Virus record (IMG/VR): IMGVR_UViG_3300025687_000022 | Direction: 5' to 3' (one strand) | Origin: a virus | Length of the DNA: 64,000 nucleotides | The notes under the pieces: generated by a model | The model's database searches: none | The model's input: the letters and a program-made list of their open reading frames with translations, nothing else | What the model was told of the DNA's origin: nothing | Shown here: piece by piece, positions 1-9,938 of the stretch | How positions within the stretch are numbered: position 1 is the stretch's first letter | Layout: each line of letters opens with the position of its first letter | Position numbers and translations under genes: made by a program

Positions 1-3000
1 TACTCGTACTCTTCTTGGAGGTCGTTTAACCTAAAGAGCGCATCTAAAACTTCAGGTGGAGCTTCGATTTTTCCAATATCTACAAGATAAGCATAAGTCT
101 GAACTGACTGCTCTAAGAAAGAATACCAGAATTCATCGTCGCTGAAAAGGTTGAAGATCTCCCACGGAGGGTTTTTAACATCTCTAAATGACTTTTCCAT
201 GTTCTCAACAATAAAAGAAGCATAAACAGAGCTAAATATCTGCGGGAACTTTGGAGCAAAACGAGAAAATGTTGGGAGAGTCTTAATCATGCTCGCGCTA
301 ATAAAGATGCGTGTTGCTGCCATAATAAGCCCTTGCATACTGGCTTTGGCAGCACGAGTCATAACTCTGTTATACGGAAGCTCAACTATGCAATCTTCGT
401 CGTATTTTAATCGCTCATCTTCTGGGATGTTGGGATAAATTTCGTCTATCATATCTTGAATAGATTCAAAATTAACAACATCTGCAATTTGTGGCTTGCA
501 CGCACTTAACTCAGGAAAGAATACATCCACCACACCCATCCAACCTTCAGGCGTTTGTGGCTTGATGTATAGTGGTGGACTAACATAATTTCCACCGTAC
601 TTTGCAGGATCAAGATAAAAGATTCTAGTTTTATCTGGCGTTTCAGCAATATCATTTTTGTATTGATCATAGCTGATACCCAAGATCATGTCTCTATTTG
701 AATATCCAGTATCAGCATACGGAACCCATTCACCGTCTTGGTTGATACCATATGCCGTATCTTCTTCTGTTAAGTTCTCAAACTGCGCACCATAATTCCA
801 AGCACTTTGGTCGCTTTCATAATCCGAGATTGTAGTAAAAACAGTTTTTGAGAATTGTTTTATTACTTGCGCACGTAGTTTATTGACATCTGAAATTGTA
901 ATAGAATCATCGTTTTTCATTTCCAGCATTTCTTTGAATAAAGTTGATTGAGGCGGGCTTGCTGGCTTGTCGCCGCCGAACTGACCTATAAAACTTGGGT
1001 AGTTATCATTTAAATATAACTCCATACTATCGCCATTAGGAGCAATTCTCGTTAAAGTATTATCAACGCCAATAAATTCGTATTTTAAATCTGTGATAAT
1101 TGAAGGATCTTTCTTCTCGGCTGTTGAAGTTGCTGCATCTGAGCTTATTTCGTCGCCTTCTCCTTCAAATACTGGAGGAATAAAATCACTATTAATTTCG
1201 TTTACTTTTGCATTTTGGTTGTTGTAGTCGTAAATTCTAATGCGTACATTATCGCTAAAGATGTTTTCTACAGATCCAGATTCATTTAAAGCTAAATCCC
1301 CAAAGAAGCTTTGAAGCTCGAAGCCCCAACTAAAATCTGATTCATCAGTAGCTTTTAATCCTTTTGCATTATCATAATAAGTAAAAGATAAATCAGGTTC
1401 AGCTTTTCTTGGTAAATAAGTAAACTGAACTTCTTCTATTTTACCATCAGATTCTATTGGCTGAACATCTACATTATATCCAAGGTCAGGTATACCAAGA
1501 AGATCGACACTTCCAAATATACCATCCATGCCAAGTTCCTTCAGTGATAAAGACCATTGCTCTTCTTCTGAAACTTCGTTGTTTATATTTGTTGTGATTG
1601 AACTCCCTATGTTATTCATTTCTTCTTGAAGATACGCAGCAACTTTTGTTGGGAAAGCTCCTCTTTGGAAATCAGCAATAAACGGAGTAAGTGCAAGACC
1701 AAGGAGCGGATTTGTTAAAAAGATTGCAGCCATTTGAGCATCAGTAGGTGAAAATGTTCCGTACCCATCAACGTAATTTGGTCTTAAAATTGCTCTTCTT
1801 GTATGCGCGGTAAGGGGAATGCCCATAGTGTCAGACAACATCATGTTGATTAAACCCCAATTATCTTCACCAGGACCGTTGCCAATCATGTCTTTTGAAT
1901 AATCAACTTGTAACTGTTCAAAATCTCCACCAATCGCGAACGTTGTTGATTGTGATGCAACTTCGGACTCGTAAGGAATAATGCCGTTATTACAACCAGG
2001 ATCTGAAACTAACGGCGGCATTTGCTGCTGTAAATAACAAGCAATACCATCAGGCTTTGAAATACAATCCAAAACATTTGCAAAATCACCTAAATCCTCA
2101 AGACCTCTTGAGTTATCGCACATTTGAGAGATTTGTTCTGGTGATGCTCTGCCTTCTAATATTGAGAATCTTGTTTCACAAAAGTTTTCCACTAAAGCTG
2201 GATCCAAACAGATGCTTGGGTTTGCTGGACTATCATCTAAAATGTTGCCCAAAGATTGACCTAAAGAATCTCTAAAATCGGCTGGCATAAGCTTGCCCAT
2301 ATTGCCAAAAAAACTTCCAATTGCTTGTCTGTTTGGAATCGTAGATCTATAATCTGGATACTCATATTCAATAAGAGAATCAATTATTGAAAGAGTTTCG
2401 TCTGTTGCTTGCCCGAGGATTAACTGCGTTAACTCTGCTTGTGTTAGTGATGAACTAACATCTTCAGCAAATTGCAAAGTTTGTTCTGTATTTGCAAGAG
2501 CAGCAGAACCAACTCCGAGAGAAGCAACCATATCTATAATTGTATTATCAACGTCTTCGCTTGCTGCATTCTCTCCGCAAATAGACTCTCTAATTAAGTT
2601 TACTAAATTTTGTCTTCCAGTTGAAAGCTGGGGGCTGTTCGACAAAATATCCCCTGCTAATTCTAGTCTATTACAAGTTGCGTTTCCAAGTGTTTGGCAA
2701 ATCTTAACAATTAATTTAATTAAGATCTTCATTATTGTAACTTGAATTGTGCATCGAATAGCTGCGAAAAGGGATGCGGTCAAATCAAATCTAAGAGGCA
2801 ACCAAACAAATGGATTTTGAAAATTTGGAAATGTTAGATCATCTATGTTCTCACAAAAAGGTAAATCAATTTCTTTAATAAAATCAATTATGCTTGGCTC
2901 GAAAAGAGGTGGCACTGGACAATCCACCAAAGCAATAATATTTGAAATTAAACGTGCGCCTGGGAATCGATTTAATTCATCTACTAATTCTAATAAGTTG

Positions 3001-5000
3001 TTTCCATAGACCTCAAGCATTGCTTGGATATAAGCTTCCAATACGATACTAGAACTCAATTTATTTGCCGCAGATGCCGGATCTAGCTGACTAGCAAGTG
3101 TTCTTTTTTCTTGTTGCGTTTGTTGGTTACTGGAATTTGCTCCCGTCGTGTCATTTAAGCTTTCTGAACCAGCATCATTATCTTCCCACGGAGGTAAAGC
3201 AGAAATATTTCCAGCAGCTATTGCATCAGAAATTTCTTGATTTGTTGAGCCTTCTTTAAAAATATCGCCACTTTCTAGCTTTTGCTTTACAAGGGCGTCT
3301 AGTTCTGCTTGTTTGTCTGGGGGCAAGCCTACAAATAAATCTCCAAAATTGGTTATTGACATTCCACGTAGAGCAGATTCAGTAATTTTAGAAAGTGATT
3401 CTTCAAGTGTCAGACCGCTCATCAAACAATTAATAACATCAATTAGCGCATCATAAAGACCACATAATTTAATATCGTCTAACCCAAGCTCCCACAATTG
3501 ATTAATGTCAAAATCGGTACTACTGCCAGTTGAACCGCCAGCAAAACAAGAAATAAAATTAATTTTGTCTAACGAACTAGATCCTCCAATAAGAATCGTG
3601 TCACATAAATTTAAAAATGGTTGTTTGCCTTGTTCAAGCTCGGCGTAAGCTTGCTCTAAAGCCATCGCTTTCATATTTTGTTCAGCTTCGTCAAGATTTC
3701 CAACAGCCACAAGGGTTCTAACTTCTAACGAAAAATCTAGGTCGGCTGTAAACCTGTTTTCTCTTTTTGCTTCGCTTACAGACTTACACAGCGATTCGTG
3801 GAACTTATAAGCAATAGCATCACCAATACCAAATACATCATCTAAAATATCTTGACCGAGTTGCTTTCCTTCTTCTGCAAGCGCACTTGCAATACAACTT
3901 CCGGCAGACAAATTAGCTGTTAAGTTATCGCCACCAGCGGAATAGACTTCTGGAAATGTATGTTTAATAACAAAATCAAGCCAAGGTAAGGGCTCTCTTG
4001 CTGTTAAGTCAGTTTCCATCTCTTTCATGCGAGAGAAATAATAAACTGCTGTTTGATCTTTCCACGCTTGCTTGCTGTTTAAATCGTTACACCTTTTCTG
4101 TCCCCAAACAATAGGCTTAGAACCACACGCTTCATAAAAAAACTCTATTTTCTTGACAACATACCGACTAAGATTTTGATTAAAAGTAATAGTAAATGTA
4201 GCTTCTGTAACTACATTTCTGCCTTTTAAGAATAGTCCATCTGTGCCTGGGATTGAATAATTGTATTTTGAAAAGAAAGCTCCAAGGTCGTCTATTAAAG
4301 ACTTCATGCTTGAGTTGCCAAACCCAAAATCACCATAGTTGCCTAAGTTGAAAACACGATCATCGTCTAAAAATCGAAGACTTTCTTCTTGAGTGAACTG
4401 ATATGCTTTATAATAGCGGTTATAAAGACTAAGACCTTTACGAATTTTAAGTGCTAAAATGGCGATCTCATCACCAGAATAGGTAAATTCAATATCTCCA
4501 GCTTCTGTTTCTGATTCTTCTTCTGAATCTGATTCTCCAATAGCGTCCAGAACTTCAATTGGGACAGAGTAAAGTAATTTTAATTTAGAGAATTGTCGTG
4601 GATCAAGATAATAATCAGTATACTCAAGATTTTCTTTTATAAAAGAGCGAGTTCCTTCTGTGTCGTTTTTATTGTAAGACAACAAAAGAAACTCAATTGC
4701 TTGATCAGAATAAGCATCATAAATATTATTTAAAGCGCTTTGAGCTTCACTATCTGACATTCCATCTGTATAGCCAGTATTTGATTCTGTTGTAGTAATA
4801 GTAATTTGGTATTGGCATTCTCGACCATTAAAATACGGCTCGTATTCCGTCAAGTTGTACCAAATAGGAATTATCGCATTTGGATCTGGAGTGCAAGTGG
4901 GACATTCTTTAACGTCTTCTATTCTTACTTCTTCTTTACAAGAATCGTTAAACCCATCACCATCAACATCTTGGAATGGTAAAAACTTTGATTCAGCCAT
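1..5000 (-). CDS. Very large (>1,660 aa) probable virion structural protein, 3' end beyond the window
   Basis: ATG at 5000 reads MAESKFLPFQDVDGDGFNDSCKEE... The same frame still reads open at the left edge (...FRLNDLQEEYE). It is absent from the ORF track, presumably because no stop lies in the window. I checked the two ends, not every codon. It lies next to baseplate-like genes. Confidence 0.75.
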   Translation of the reverse strand, partial: MAESKFLPFQDVDGDGFNDSCKEEVRIEDVKECPTCTPDPNAIIPIWYNLTEYEPYFNGRECQYQITITTTESNTGYTDGMSDSEAQSALNNIYDAYSDQAIEFLLLSYNKNDTEGTRSFIKENLEYTDYYLDPRQFSKLKLLYSVPIEVLDAIGESDSEEESETEAGDIEFTYSGDEIAILALKIRKGLSLYNRYYKAYQFTQEESLRFLDDDRVFNLGNYGDFGFGNSSMKSLIDDLGAFFSKYNYSIPGTDGLFLKGRNVVTEATFTITFNQNLSRYVVKKIEFFYEACGSKPIVWGQKRCNDLNSKQAWKDQTAVYYFSRMKEMETDLTAREPLPWLDFVIKHTFPEVYSAGGDNLTANLSAGSCIASALAEEGKQLGQDILDDVFGIGDAIAYKFHESLCKSVSEAKRENRFTADLDFSLEVRTLVAVGNLDEAEQNMKAMALEQAYAELEQGKQPFLNLCDTILIGGSSSLDKINFISCFAGGSTGSSTDFDINQLWELGLDDIKLCGLYDALIDVINCLMSGLTLEESLSKITESALRGMSITNFGDLFVGLPPDKQAELDALVKQKLESGDIFKEGSTNQEISDAIAAGNISALPPWEDNDAGSESLNDTTGANSSNQQTQQEKRTLASQLDPASAANKLSSSIVLEAYIQAMLEVYGNNLLELVDELNRFPGARLISNIIALVDCPVPPLFEPSIIDFIKEIDLPFCENIDDLTFPNFQNPFVWLPLRFDLTASLFAAIRCTIQVTIMKILIKLIVKICQTLGNATCNRLELAGDILSNSPQLSTGRQNLVNLIRESICGENAASEDVDNTIIDMVASLGVGSAALANTEQTLQFAEDVSSSLTQAELTQLILGQATDETLSIIDSLIEYEYPDYRSTIPNRQAIGSFFGNMGKLMPADFRDSLGQSLGNILDDSPANPSICLDPALVENFCETRFSILEGRASPEQISQMCDNSRGLEDLGDFANVLDCISKPDGIACYLQQQMPPLVSDPGCNNGIIPYESEVASQSTTFAIGGDFEQLQVDYSKDMIGNGPGEDNWGLINMMLSDTMGIPLTAHTRRAILRPNYVDGYGTFSPTDAQMAAIFLTNPLLGLALTPFIADFQRGAFPTKVAAYLQEEMNNIGSSITTNINNEVSEEEQWSLSLKELGMDGIFGSVDLLGIPDLGYNVDVQPIESDGKIEEVQFTYLPRKAEPDLSFTYYDNAKGLKATDESDFSWGFELQSFFGDLALNESGSVENIFSDNVRIRIYDYNNQNAKVNEINSDFIPPVFEGEGDEISSDAATSTAEKKDPSIITDLKYEFIGVDNTLTRIAPNGDSMELYLNDNYPSFIGQFGGDKPASPPQSTLFKEMLEMKNDDSITISDVNKLRAQVIKQFSKTVFTTISDYESDQSAWNYGAQFENLTEEDTAYGINQDGEWVPYADTGYSNRDMILGISYDQYKNDIAETPDKTRIFYLDPAKYGGNYVSPPLYIKPQTPEGWMGVVDVFFPELSACKPQIADVVNFESIQDMIDEIYPNIPEDERLKYDEDCIVELPYNRVMTRAAKASMQGLIMAATRIFISASMIKTLPTFSRFAPKFPQIFSSVYASFIVENMEKSFRDVKNPPWEIFNLFSDDEFWYSFLEQSVQTYAYLVDIGKIEAPPEVLDALFRLNDLQEEYE

Positions 5001-5024
5001 ATAATTTACCTTTGTGTACAGTAG

Positions 5025-5999
5025 TTAGTTTGTTTTAACGTTTTTAGATACGATGTAGCGATCAGCGGTAGCTCCAATATATCTATTTTTCCAAAGTGTT
5101 GAATTGACTCTTGTTTGGTACAAAGAAGTTAAAACTTTAGATGCATACTGGCTGTTTCCATAAGCAACAGCAGGAGCCTGCCACGGCAAAGGACTAACAC
5201 CAAGAGGAATATTAACACCTATTTGTATTAATGTCATATTAAATACTGCACTCCAAAGTTCGCCTATAATGTCGTTTAACTCTGAAATACAAAGCTCTGT
5301 TCTTTTTCCTAAAGCCACGCCTTGAACTTGGTCAAATGCATCTTTGCTATTGAATTTTAAGCTATAGTTATTGCCTGCGACCAATTCAATTTTTGGAGCT
5401 TTTGATTCTAAAACACCACCAAGAGAATTTGTTTCACCTTTAGGTCCAAGTTTGCCACCACGCATTTTGCCAGTAGTAATCTTGACTCCTTCGCGCCCGA
5501 TAATACGCACACCATCTGCTTTAATGCCAATACCAGAACGCGCTATTAATCCTCGTCCTTCTTTTTTTGTTGGCGAAGATTCTAATCCAAAGATCTGATC
5601 AATGTCGCAGAGCCTTGAAATATAAATTCTTGCTGCATCTGCTGAAAAGTTATTATCAATAACAGAACCTTCTTTCGGTCCTTTTCCACCATAAGTCGAA
5701 GAATGGCGACCTACAACCAAATCGATTGAAGAAGCTGGAATACCTTTGGCACCATATCCGCTTGTTTTACCGGAAGGAGGAACTTGACCAAATACAATAT
5801 AAGCACCTTTATTTTCAAGTTGGGAAGCGCCAGCGGGAGTATCGTAAGTAAAAGGAGTGCCGTATAAAGGCGTGTTAAATAATCCAGTTCCAGTAGGTAC
5901 TGAGTTTATTTGTGCTCCAGAATCAATAATCTCTTGTGCGGTTAGAGTTGGATCTTCTGAATTGCCTTTGACTAAATCTGATAATTTCTTTTTTGCCAT
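5025..5999 (-). CDS. Probable baseplate/spike-associated structural protein
   Basis: 324-aa Gly-rich, beta-strand-rich ORF (DAARIYIS, SGIGIKADGVRIIGREGVKI) directly downstream of the M15 peptidase gene. Function inferred from context. Confidence 0.45.
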   Translation of the reverse strand: MAKKKLSDLVKGNSEDPTLTAQEIIDSGAQINSVPTGTGLFNTPLYGTPFTYDTPAGASQLENKGAYIVFGQVPPSGKTSGYGAKGIPASSIDLVVGRHSSTYGGKGPKEGSVIDNNFSADAARIYISRLCDIDQIFGLESSPTKKEGRGLIARSGIGIKADGVRIIGREGVKITTGKMRGGKLGPKGETNSLGGVLESKAPKIELVAGNNYSLKFNSKDAFDQVQGVALGKRTELCISELNDIIGELWSAVFNMTLIQIGVNIPLGVSPLPWQAPAVAYGNSQYASKVLTSLYQTRVNSTLWKNRYIGATADRYIVSKNVKTN

Positions 6000-6002
6000 T
6001 TT

Positions 6003-7127
6003 TTATCTACCGTCTATGCTCCAGTGCCAGGGTTCTTCCCTATAATTTTTAAAACCATCTGTCTTTTTCTCTAAATCCAGCATGTAGTTGTAAGTTTTTG
6101 AATTTTTAGCTGAATCAGTACCTAGAATGCCAGAAAAGTCTATCGCAAGACCAAATAAATGTCGAGAACCATCTTCTGGCGATTTAGTTGGGATAGGAGC
6201 AGCAGGAGGTTCAAAATTGCCATCGCCAGAACTTATTGTCAAAAGTTGTTCATAGGTAAAATCGTTTCCTGCTTTTATAGAATTAGTTATTCTTAGTGAC
6301 ATTTGCGTCTCCACGCTTCTAAGTCCACCTCCAGCGTCGAATTTTTCACCAAACCCTTGTGCTTTAACGTTCTCGTAAACTTCTTTTACTTTATCCCAAA
6401 AAACGGGGTGTAAAGTTACATTCTTTGTTCCTATCTTGCCTGTCTTACAAAGCACTATGTCATAGCCGCCTATGCCGCCACAATGTCCCTCTGGAGGAAA
6501 CAATTTTGCTGCGTTAGGGTACTGGCTTGTCCAGTAGTCATAAAGCTTTTGTGTATTTTCTATATTACCTGGATTTTCACCATTCCTAAGTTCTGCTAAA
6601 GAAAAAACTGGAGATGTGTCAAAAGCATCTTTTAAACTTTCACAAGGTGCGCCGCCCTCTGGTGATTTTTGGAATATTTCTGATATTCTGGATAATTCTA
6701 TTGTTTGTAAGTCAAAATCTCCAACATCAGATGCGCGACATTCACCCACGATCTCATCACCAATTTGTAGATTGCCAACGTCAGGGCTGATTTTTGTACT
6801 AGCTATTATTCTTGTATGCAAACTACCAAGAACATTTTGTTTGTAAGGATCAGAAGCGACAGAAAGATCACAAATGTCAGGCAAGTAACTTTCATGAGCC
6901 ATATTGTTTTGTAATATTCTTCCCATAAAAATAAACTTAGTTTCGGCTCTTCCATCTTCTGTCTCCTTCTCCTCGGTATCACCACTTGAAGTTTGAGGTC
7001 CAGAAAATCTTGTTGGCTTACTAATCACCCTAATCTTAAAGGAGTTTTCGTTTTTAAACGCATTTGTTCCATCGTCAAGTGTTTTAACAAAAAGAATCTC
7101 TGCTAGCTCCCTTAATGAAAGAGACAT
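6003..7127 (-). CDS. Virion-associated peptidoglycan hydrolase with C-terminal peptidase M15 (VanY-like) domain
   Basis: M15 zinc motifs: LRSVETQ, SRHLFGLAIDF (SxHxxGxAxD) and EPWHW. Confidence 0.8.
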   Translation of the reverse strand: MSLSLRELAEILFVKTLDDGTNAFKNENSFKIRVISKPTRFSGPQTSSGDTEEKETEDGRAETKFIFMGRILQNNMAHESYLPDICDLSVASDPYKQNVLGSLHTRIIASTKISPDVGNLQIGDEIVGECRASDVGDFDLQTIELSRISEIFQKSPEGGAPCESLKDAFDTSPVFSLAELRNGENPGNIENTQKLYDYWTSQYPNAAKLFPPEGHCGGIGGYDIVLCKTGKIGTKNVTLHPVFWDKVKEVYENVKAQGFGEKFDAGGGLRSVETQMSLRITNSIKAGNDFTYEQLLTISSGDGNFEPPAAPIPTKSPEDGSRHLFGLAIDFSGILGTDSAKNSKTYNYMLDLEKKTDGFKNYREEPWHWSIDGR

Positions 7128-7129
7128 GA

Positions 7130-7426
7130 TTATGACTCCTGATTACTATCTTGGAGCATATCAAAGATGTCATTTTTATCGTCGTCTGTAAGCTCAAAAG
7201 ATTGAATTTTTGCTTTTTGACGTAAACCGATAATTTTAACTAACTGCTCGTTTGAACGTTGCATGGTTTCTATATGTTTTGCAGCTACAGGTGAAAGATA
7301 TTTATTATTTTCTGCATTAACCGCGATTTGGTTTGCGATCTCATTTAAAAACTCACGAGCTATCTTGCGATCATCTCGTATGTTGTCTAATGCTTCGCTA
7401 ATTAATGAATCAATATCTTTGCTCAT
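7130..7426 (-). CDS. Hypothetical helical protein
   Basis: ORF track; the likely start MSKDIDSL at 7426 overlaps the upstream stop. Confidence 0.6.
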   Translation of the reverse strand: MSKDIDSLISEALDNIRDDRKIAREFLNEIANQIAVNAENNKYLSPVAAKHIETMQRSNEQLVKIIGLRQKAKIQSFELTDDDKNDIFDMLQDSNQES

Positions 7427-8118
7427 ATTAAACCATTTTCCCAATCTTCTTTAAATGATGAATACTGCTTTCTAAACTTCTTTAAAGAATTAACTATTTG
7501 TTTAGTGTTTAAATCAGTAATCTCGCGAAGATATAAGTAAATAGCTTTCTTGTTAAAAATTTCAATGTCTTCTTTGGACTCAAAGAGAATCAAAATAGCT
7601 TTATAAACTTTTAAATCGTTTTCTTTCATGGACTCTGTATTCCAATCTTTTATTTCCTCGTAAAAAGATTGCCAGAACTCTTTCTGTAAACGATTTACTT
7701 CATAAGCATTTTGGGTTGATAAATATTGTTCTTCATATTTTTTAGAGATGTTGTCTAAATCAATCTCTCTTGTATTTTTCTTTTTCTGTTGTTTTACCTT
7801 ATGAATAAACCAGTTCTTTGAGACAACAGAAAAATAAGAAAATGCCTTTGCTTTTTCTGGACTATATTTATCGAGAACTGTAACTAACCATATTTTGCAT
7901 TCTTCTCGCAAATCATCACAGTTTGGTAAGGTTGTAAATTTGTAAGTAAAAACTATTTTATCAACCATTTCAGAAAAAGCAGGTTGTATAAAGTTTTCAT
8001 AAAGGTATGTCTTTTCTTTTAAATCATCACTATTGACATACCCTATAATTGCATCTTCATGAACTTGAGTAAAATAATGATTTGGTTCTCTACTCGACCT
8101 GCGTTGCCTGTTCTTCAT
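7423..8118 (-). CDS. Phage RNA polymerase sigma factor (T4 gp55-like late sigma)
   Basis: N-terminal HYF motif, region-2-like DDLREEC...LDKYSPEKAKAFSYFSVVSKNWFI, and a C-terminal helix-turn-helix-like segment. Confidence 0.7.
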   Translation of the reverse strand: MKNRQRRSSREPNHYFTQVHEDAIIGYVNSDDLKEKTYLYENFIQPAFSEMVDKIVFTYKFTTLPNCDDLREECKIWLVTVLDKYSPEKAKAFSYFSVVSKNWFIHKVKQQKKKNTREIDLDNISKKYEEQYLSTQNAYEVNRLQKEFWQSFYEEIKDWNTESMKENDLKVYKAILILFESKEDIEIFNKKAIYLYLREITDLNTKQIVNSLKKFRKQYSSFKEDWENGLI

Positions 8119-8434
8119 CTATTGTTTCCTTTAACTGCGTTTGCTCTTCTTCGGCAGTTAAAGAATAGATATATTCAAAAGTTGTTAACTGCTCGCTAAA
8201 AGACGAGGCATGATCTAATAAAAACTTCAAAGTATTATCGCCATAATACATTTCTAATTCGTAAATTGACTGTACGTGTGCCGCAAACGATTCTACCATG
8301 CTTTGTAGATCGCCAAGCTCTTCAGAGATAGATAATAATCTTATAATCGCTGAACGAGCATAAATAAGCATGCCAACATTAAATACAAGAGAAACCAACA
8401 AAATCGCTGATAAAATAATTTCAAGTCGGCTCAT
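8090..8434 (-). CDS. Membrane-anchored hypothetical protein
   Basis: N-terminal hydrophobic helix (IILSAILLVSLVFNVGMLIY) followed by a coiled-coil-like segment. Confidence 0.6.
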   Translation of the reverse strand: MSRLEIILSAILLVSLVFNVGMLIYARSAIIRLLSISEELGDLQSMVESFAAHVQSIYELEMYYGDNTLKFLLDHASSFSEQLTTFEYIYSLTAEEEQTQLKETIDEEQATQVE

Positions 8435-8681
8435 AAGTTTGTTTCCTTGCTTTCTGTTGCTCTTCTTTTAGAAGCTTTCTGTTATCTTCTATATATTGCT
8501 TTGTTAGTTTTCCAACTTGTGCATTTGATTCTATCACTTCTTTTTTCAATGAAGGGGAAGTCAAGCCACGCACAAGTTGTGACTCACAAACATCGCAAAT
8601 AACAATAGGCGACTCAGAGTACAAATGAAAAACCATTTTCTCTGAATCGCAATCTTGGCATGAGTATTTATATCTCGGCAT
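8421..8681 (-). CDS. FmdB-family zinc-ribbon protein
   Basis: MPRYKYSCQDC...CDVC pattern. Confidence 0.75.
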   Translation of the reverse strand: MPRYKYSCQDCDSEKMVFHLYSESPIVICDVCESQLVRGLTSPSLKKEVIESNAQVGKLTKQYIEDNRKLLKEEQQKARKQTYEPT

Positions 8682-8890
8682 TAGCTTACTGTGCTGTTTA
8701 GATCATCTTCTGAAATCTGCTCACCAGTAATGCGAACTGTTGGAGGGTTCATTACAACTAGCCCCTCTTCTGAAAGGTTTAGCTCAAAGCCCTTTAAAAT
8801 AGGCACAATATCTAGCTGATGTAGTAGCGACTCTTGCAAAGCCATCATAATAGCACCAAGCGCTTGGTTTGATAATCTCATGTTTTCCAT
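8681..8890 (-). CDS. Hypothetical protein
   Basis: Start MENMRLS at 8890 follows an AGGAG Shine-Dalgarno. Confidence 0.6.
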   Translation of the reverse strand: MENMRLSNQALGAIMMALQESLLHQLDIVPILKGFELNLSEEGLVVMNPPTVRITGEQISEDDLNSTVS

Positions 8891-8891
8891 A

Positions 8892-9251
8892 TTAATCTCC
8901 TTTTTGAATTCTATAACTATCTGAATCAAAATGTTGAGTTGAAAACTCAAACAATTCAGTGTCTTCTAACGCTATCATTTGGTGTCTAAGCCCACGATAT
9001 ACATGGAAATTGTCGCCCGATCCAAGTATTATTTCCTGTGCTTTTTCAATATCATCTGTGTCTGAAAAAAGAACTTTTATTTTTCCAGATTGGATATAAA
9101 AAACTTCATCTTTTAGTTCATGATAATGCCAAGAGCATTTTTTGTCTTTGACAAAATAGAGAAGCTTTCCGCAATACTCTTCGCAGTTAACGATCCATTT
9201 TTCAAATCCCCAGCCTTTGGGGACAAATTTAATTTCCAAAGAAGTCTTCAT
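8892..9251 (-). CDS. Cupin-fold protein (sugar-phosphate isomerase-like)
   Basis: KGWGFEKW, SWHYHELKDEVFYIQSG and RHQM cupin motifs. Confidence 0.8.
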   Translation of the reverse strand: MKTSLEIKFVPKGWGFEKWIVNCEEYCGKLLYFVKDKKCSWHYHELKDEVFYIQSGKIKVLFSDTDDIEKAQEIILGSGDNFHVYRGLRHQMIALEDTELFEFSTQHFDSDSYRIQKGD

Positions 9252-9549
9252 CTTTCATTCCTTTGTCATCAATATAAAAATCACCAGATGGTTTGCCTAA
9301 AAACAAACGATGATATTTAACACCCCATTCTTTTAGTTGTGATTTTGTTAAAACCTCAAAAGCCTCATAAGCAAAAGCAATAGAATTTCCGCTTCTGCCC
9401 ATACCTCTTGCTGTTAAAAAATAAATGGTATGTCCTTGGTCATATAACTTATTTACAGTGTCTATTCTGTCTTGTAGAGGCTCTGCTCTTGAATATTTTC
9501 CATTAGTATTGGTGCAAATTGTACCATCTATATCAAAAACATATGTCAT
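9229..9549 (-). CDS. HAD-superfamily phosphatase (capsule-biosynthesis type)
   Basis: FDIDGT motif I, TARG, and GKP...YIDDK. Confidence 0.85.
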   Translation of the reverse strand: MTYVFDIDGTICTNTNGKYSRAEPLQDRIDTVNKLYDQGHTIYFLTARGMGRSGNSIAFAYEAFEVLTKSQLKEWGVKYHRLFLGKPSGDFYIDDKGMKDEDFFGN

Positions 9550-9938
9550 TGTAAACCTACCAATATATTTGTTGTTGAGTATCCTTCTATTCTATCAAAA
9601 AATTTTACTTCCTGCACATGTCTGGAGCCGATCACTCTTTTATCTTTGTAATCGGAACCTACCACCATTATTTCAGCACGACTTAAAAGAATCTGTGTAT
9701 CAAGCTCATCATCGTGGTTAAACACTCTTATTTCGTCAATGTACTTAATTGATTCAAGTAACATAACCCTATCTTCTATAGTGTTAAAAGGGCGCGACTC
9801 TCCCTTAGCGGCTCTAACTCTCTGGTCAGTATCAATTCCGACCACCAACCAATCACCAAGAGACTTAGCATATTTAAATAATTCTATATGTCCTCGATGT
9901 AAAACGTCAAAACAACCGTTTGTCCATATAACTTTCAT
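9546..9938 (-). CDS. Heptose-1-phosphate nucleotidyltransferase (RfaE/HldE domain II, cytidylyltransferase fold)
   Basis: TNGCFDVLHRGH, KGESRP, VGSDY and GYSTT motifs; likely start MKVIW at 9938. Confidence 0.85.
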   Translation of the reverse strand: MKVIWTNGCFDVLHRGHIELFKYAKSLGDWLVVGIDTDQRVRAAKGESRPFNTIEDRVMLLESIKYIDEIRVFNHDDELDTQILLSRAEIMVVGSDYKDKRVIGSRHVQEVKFFDRIEGYSTTNILVGLQ

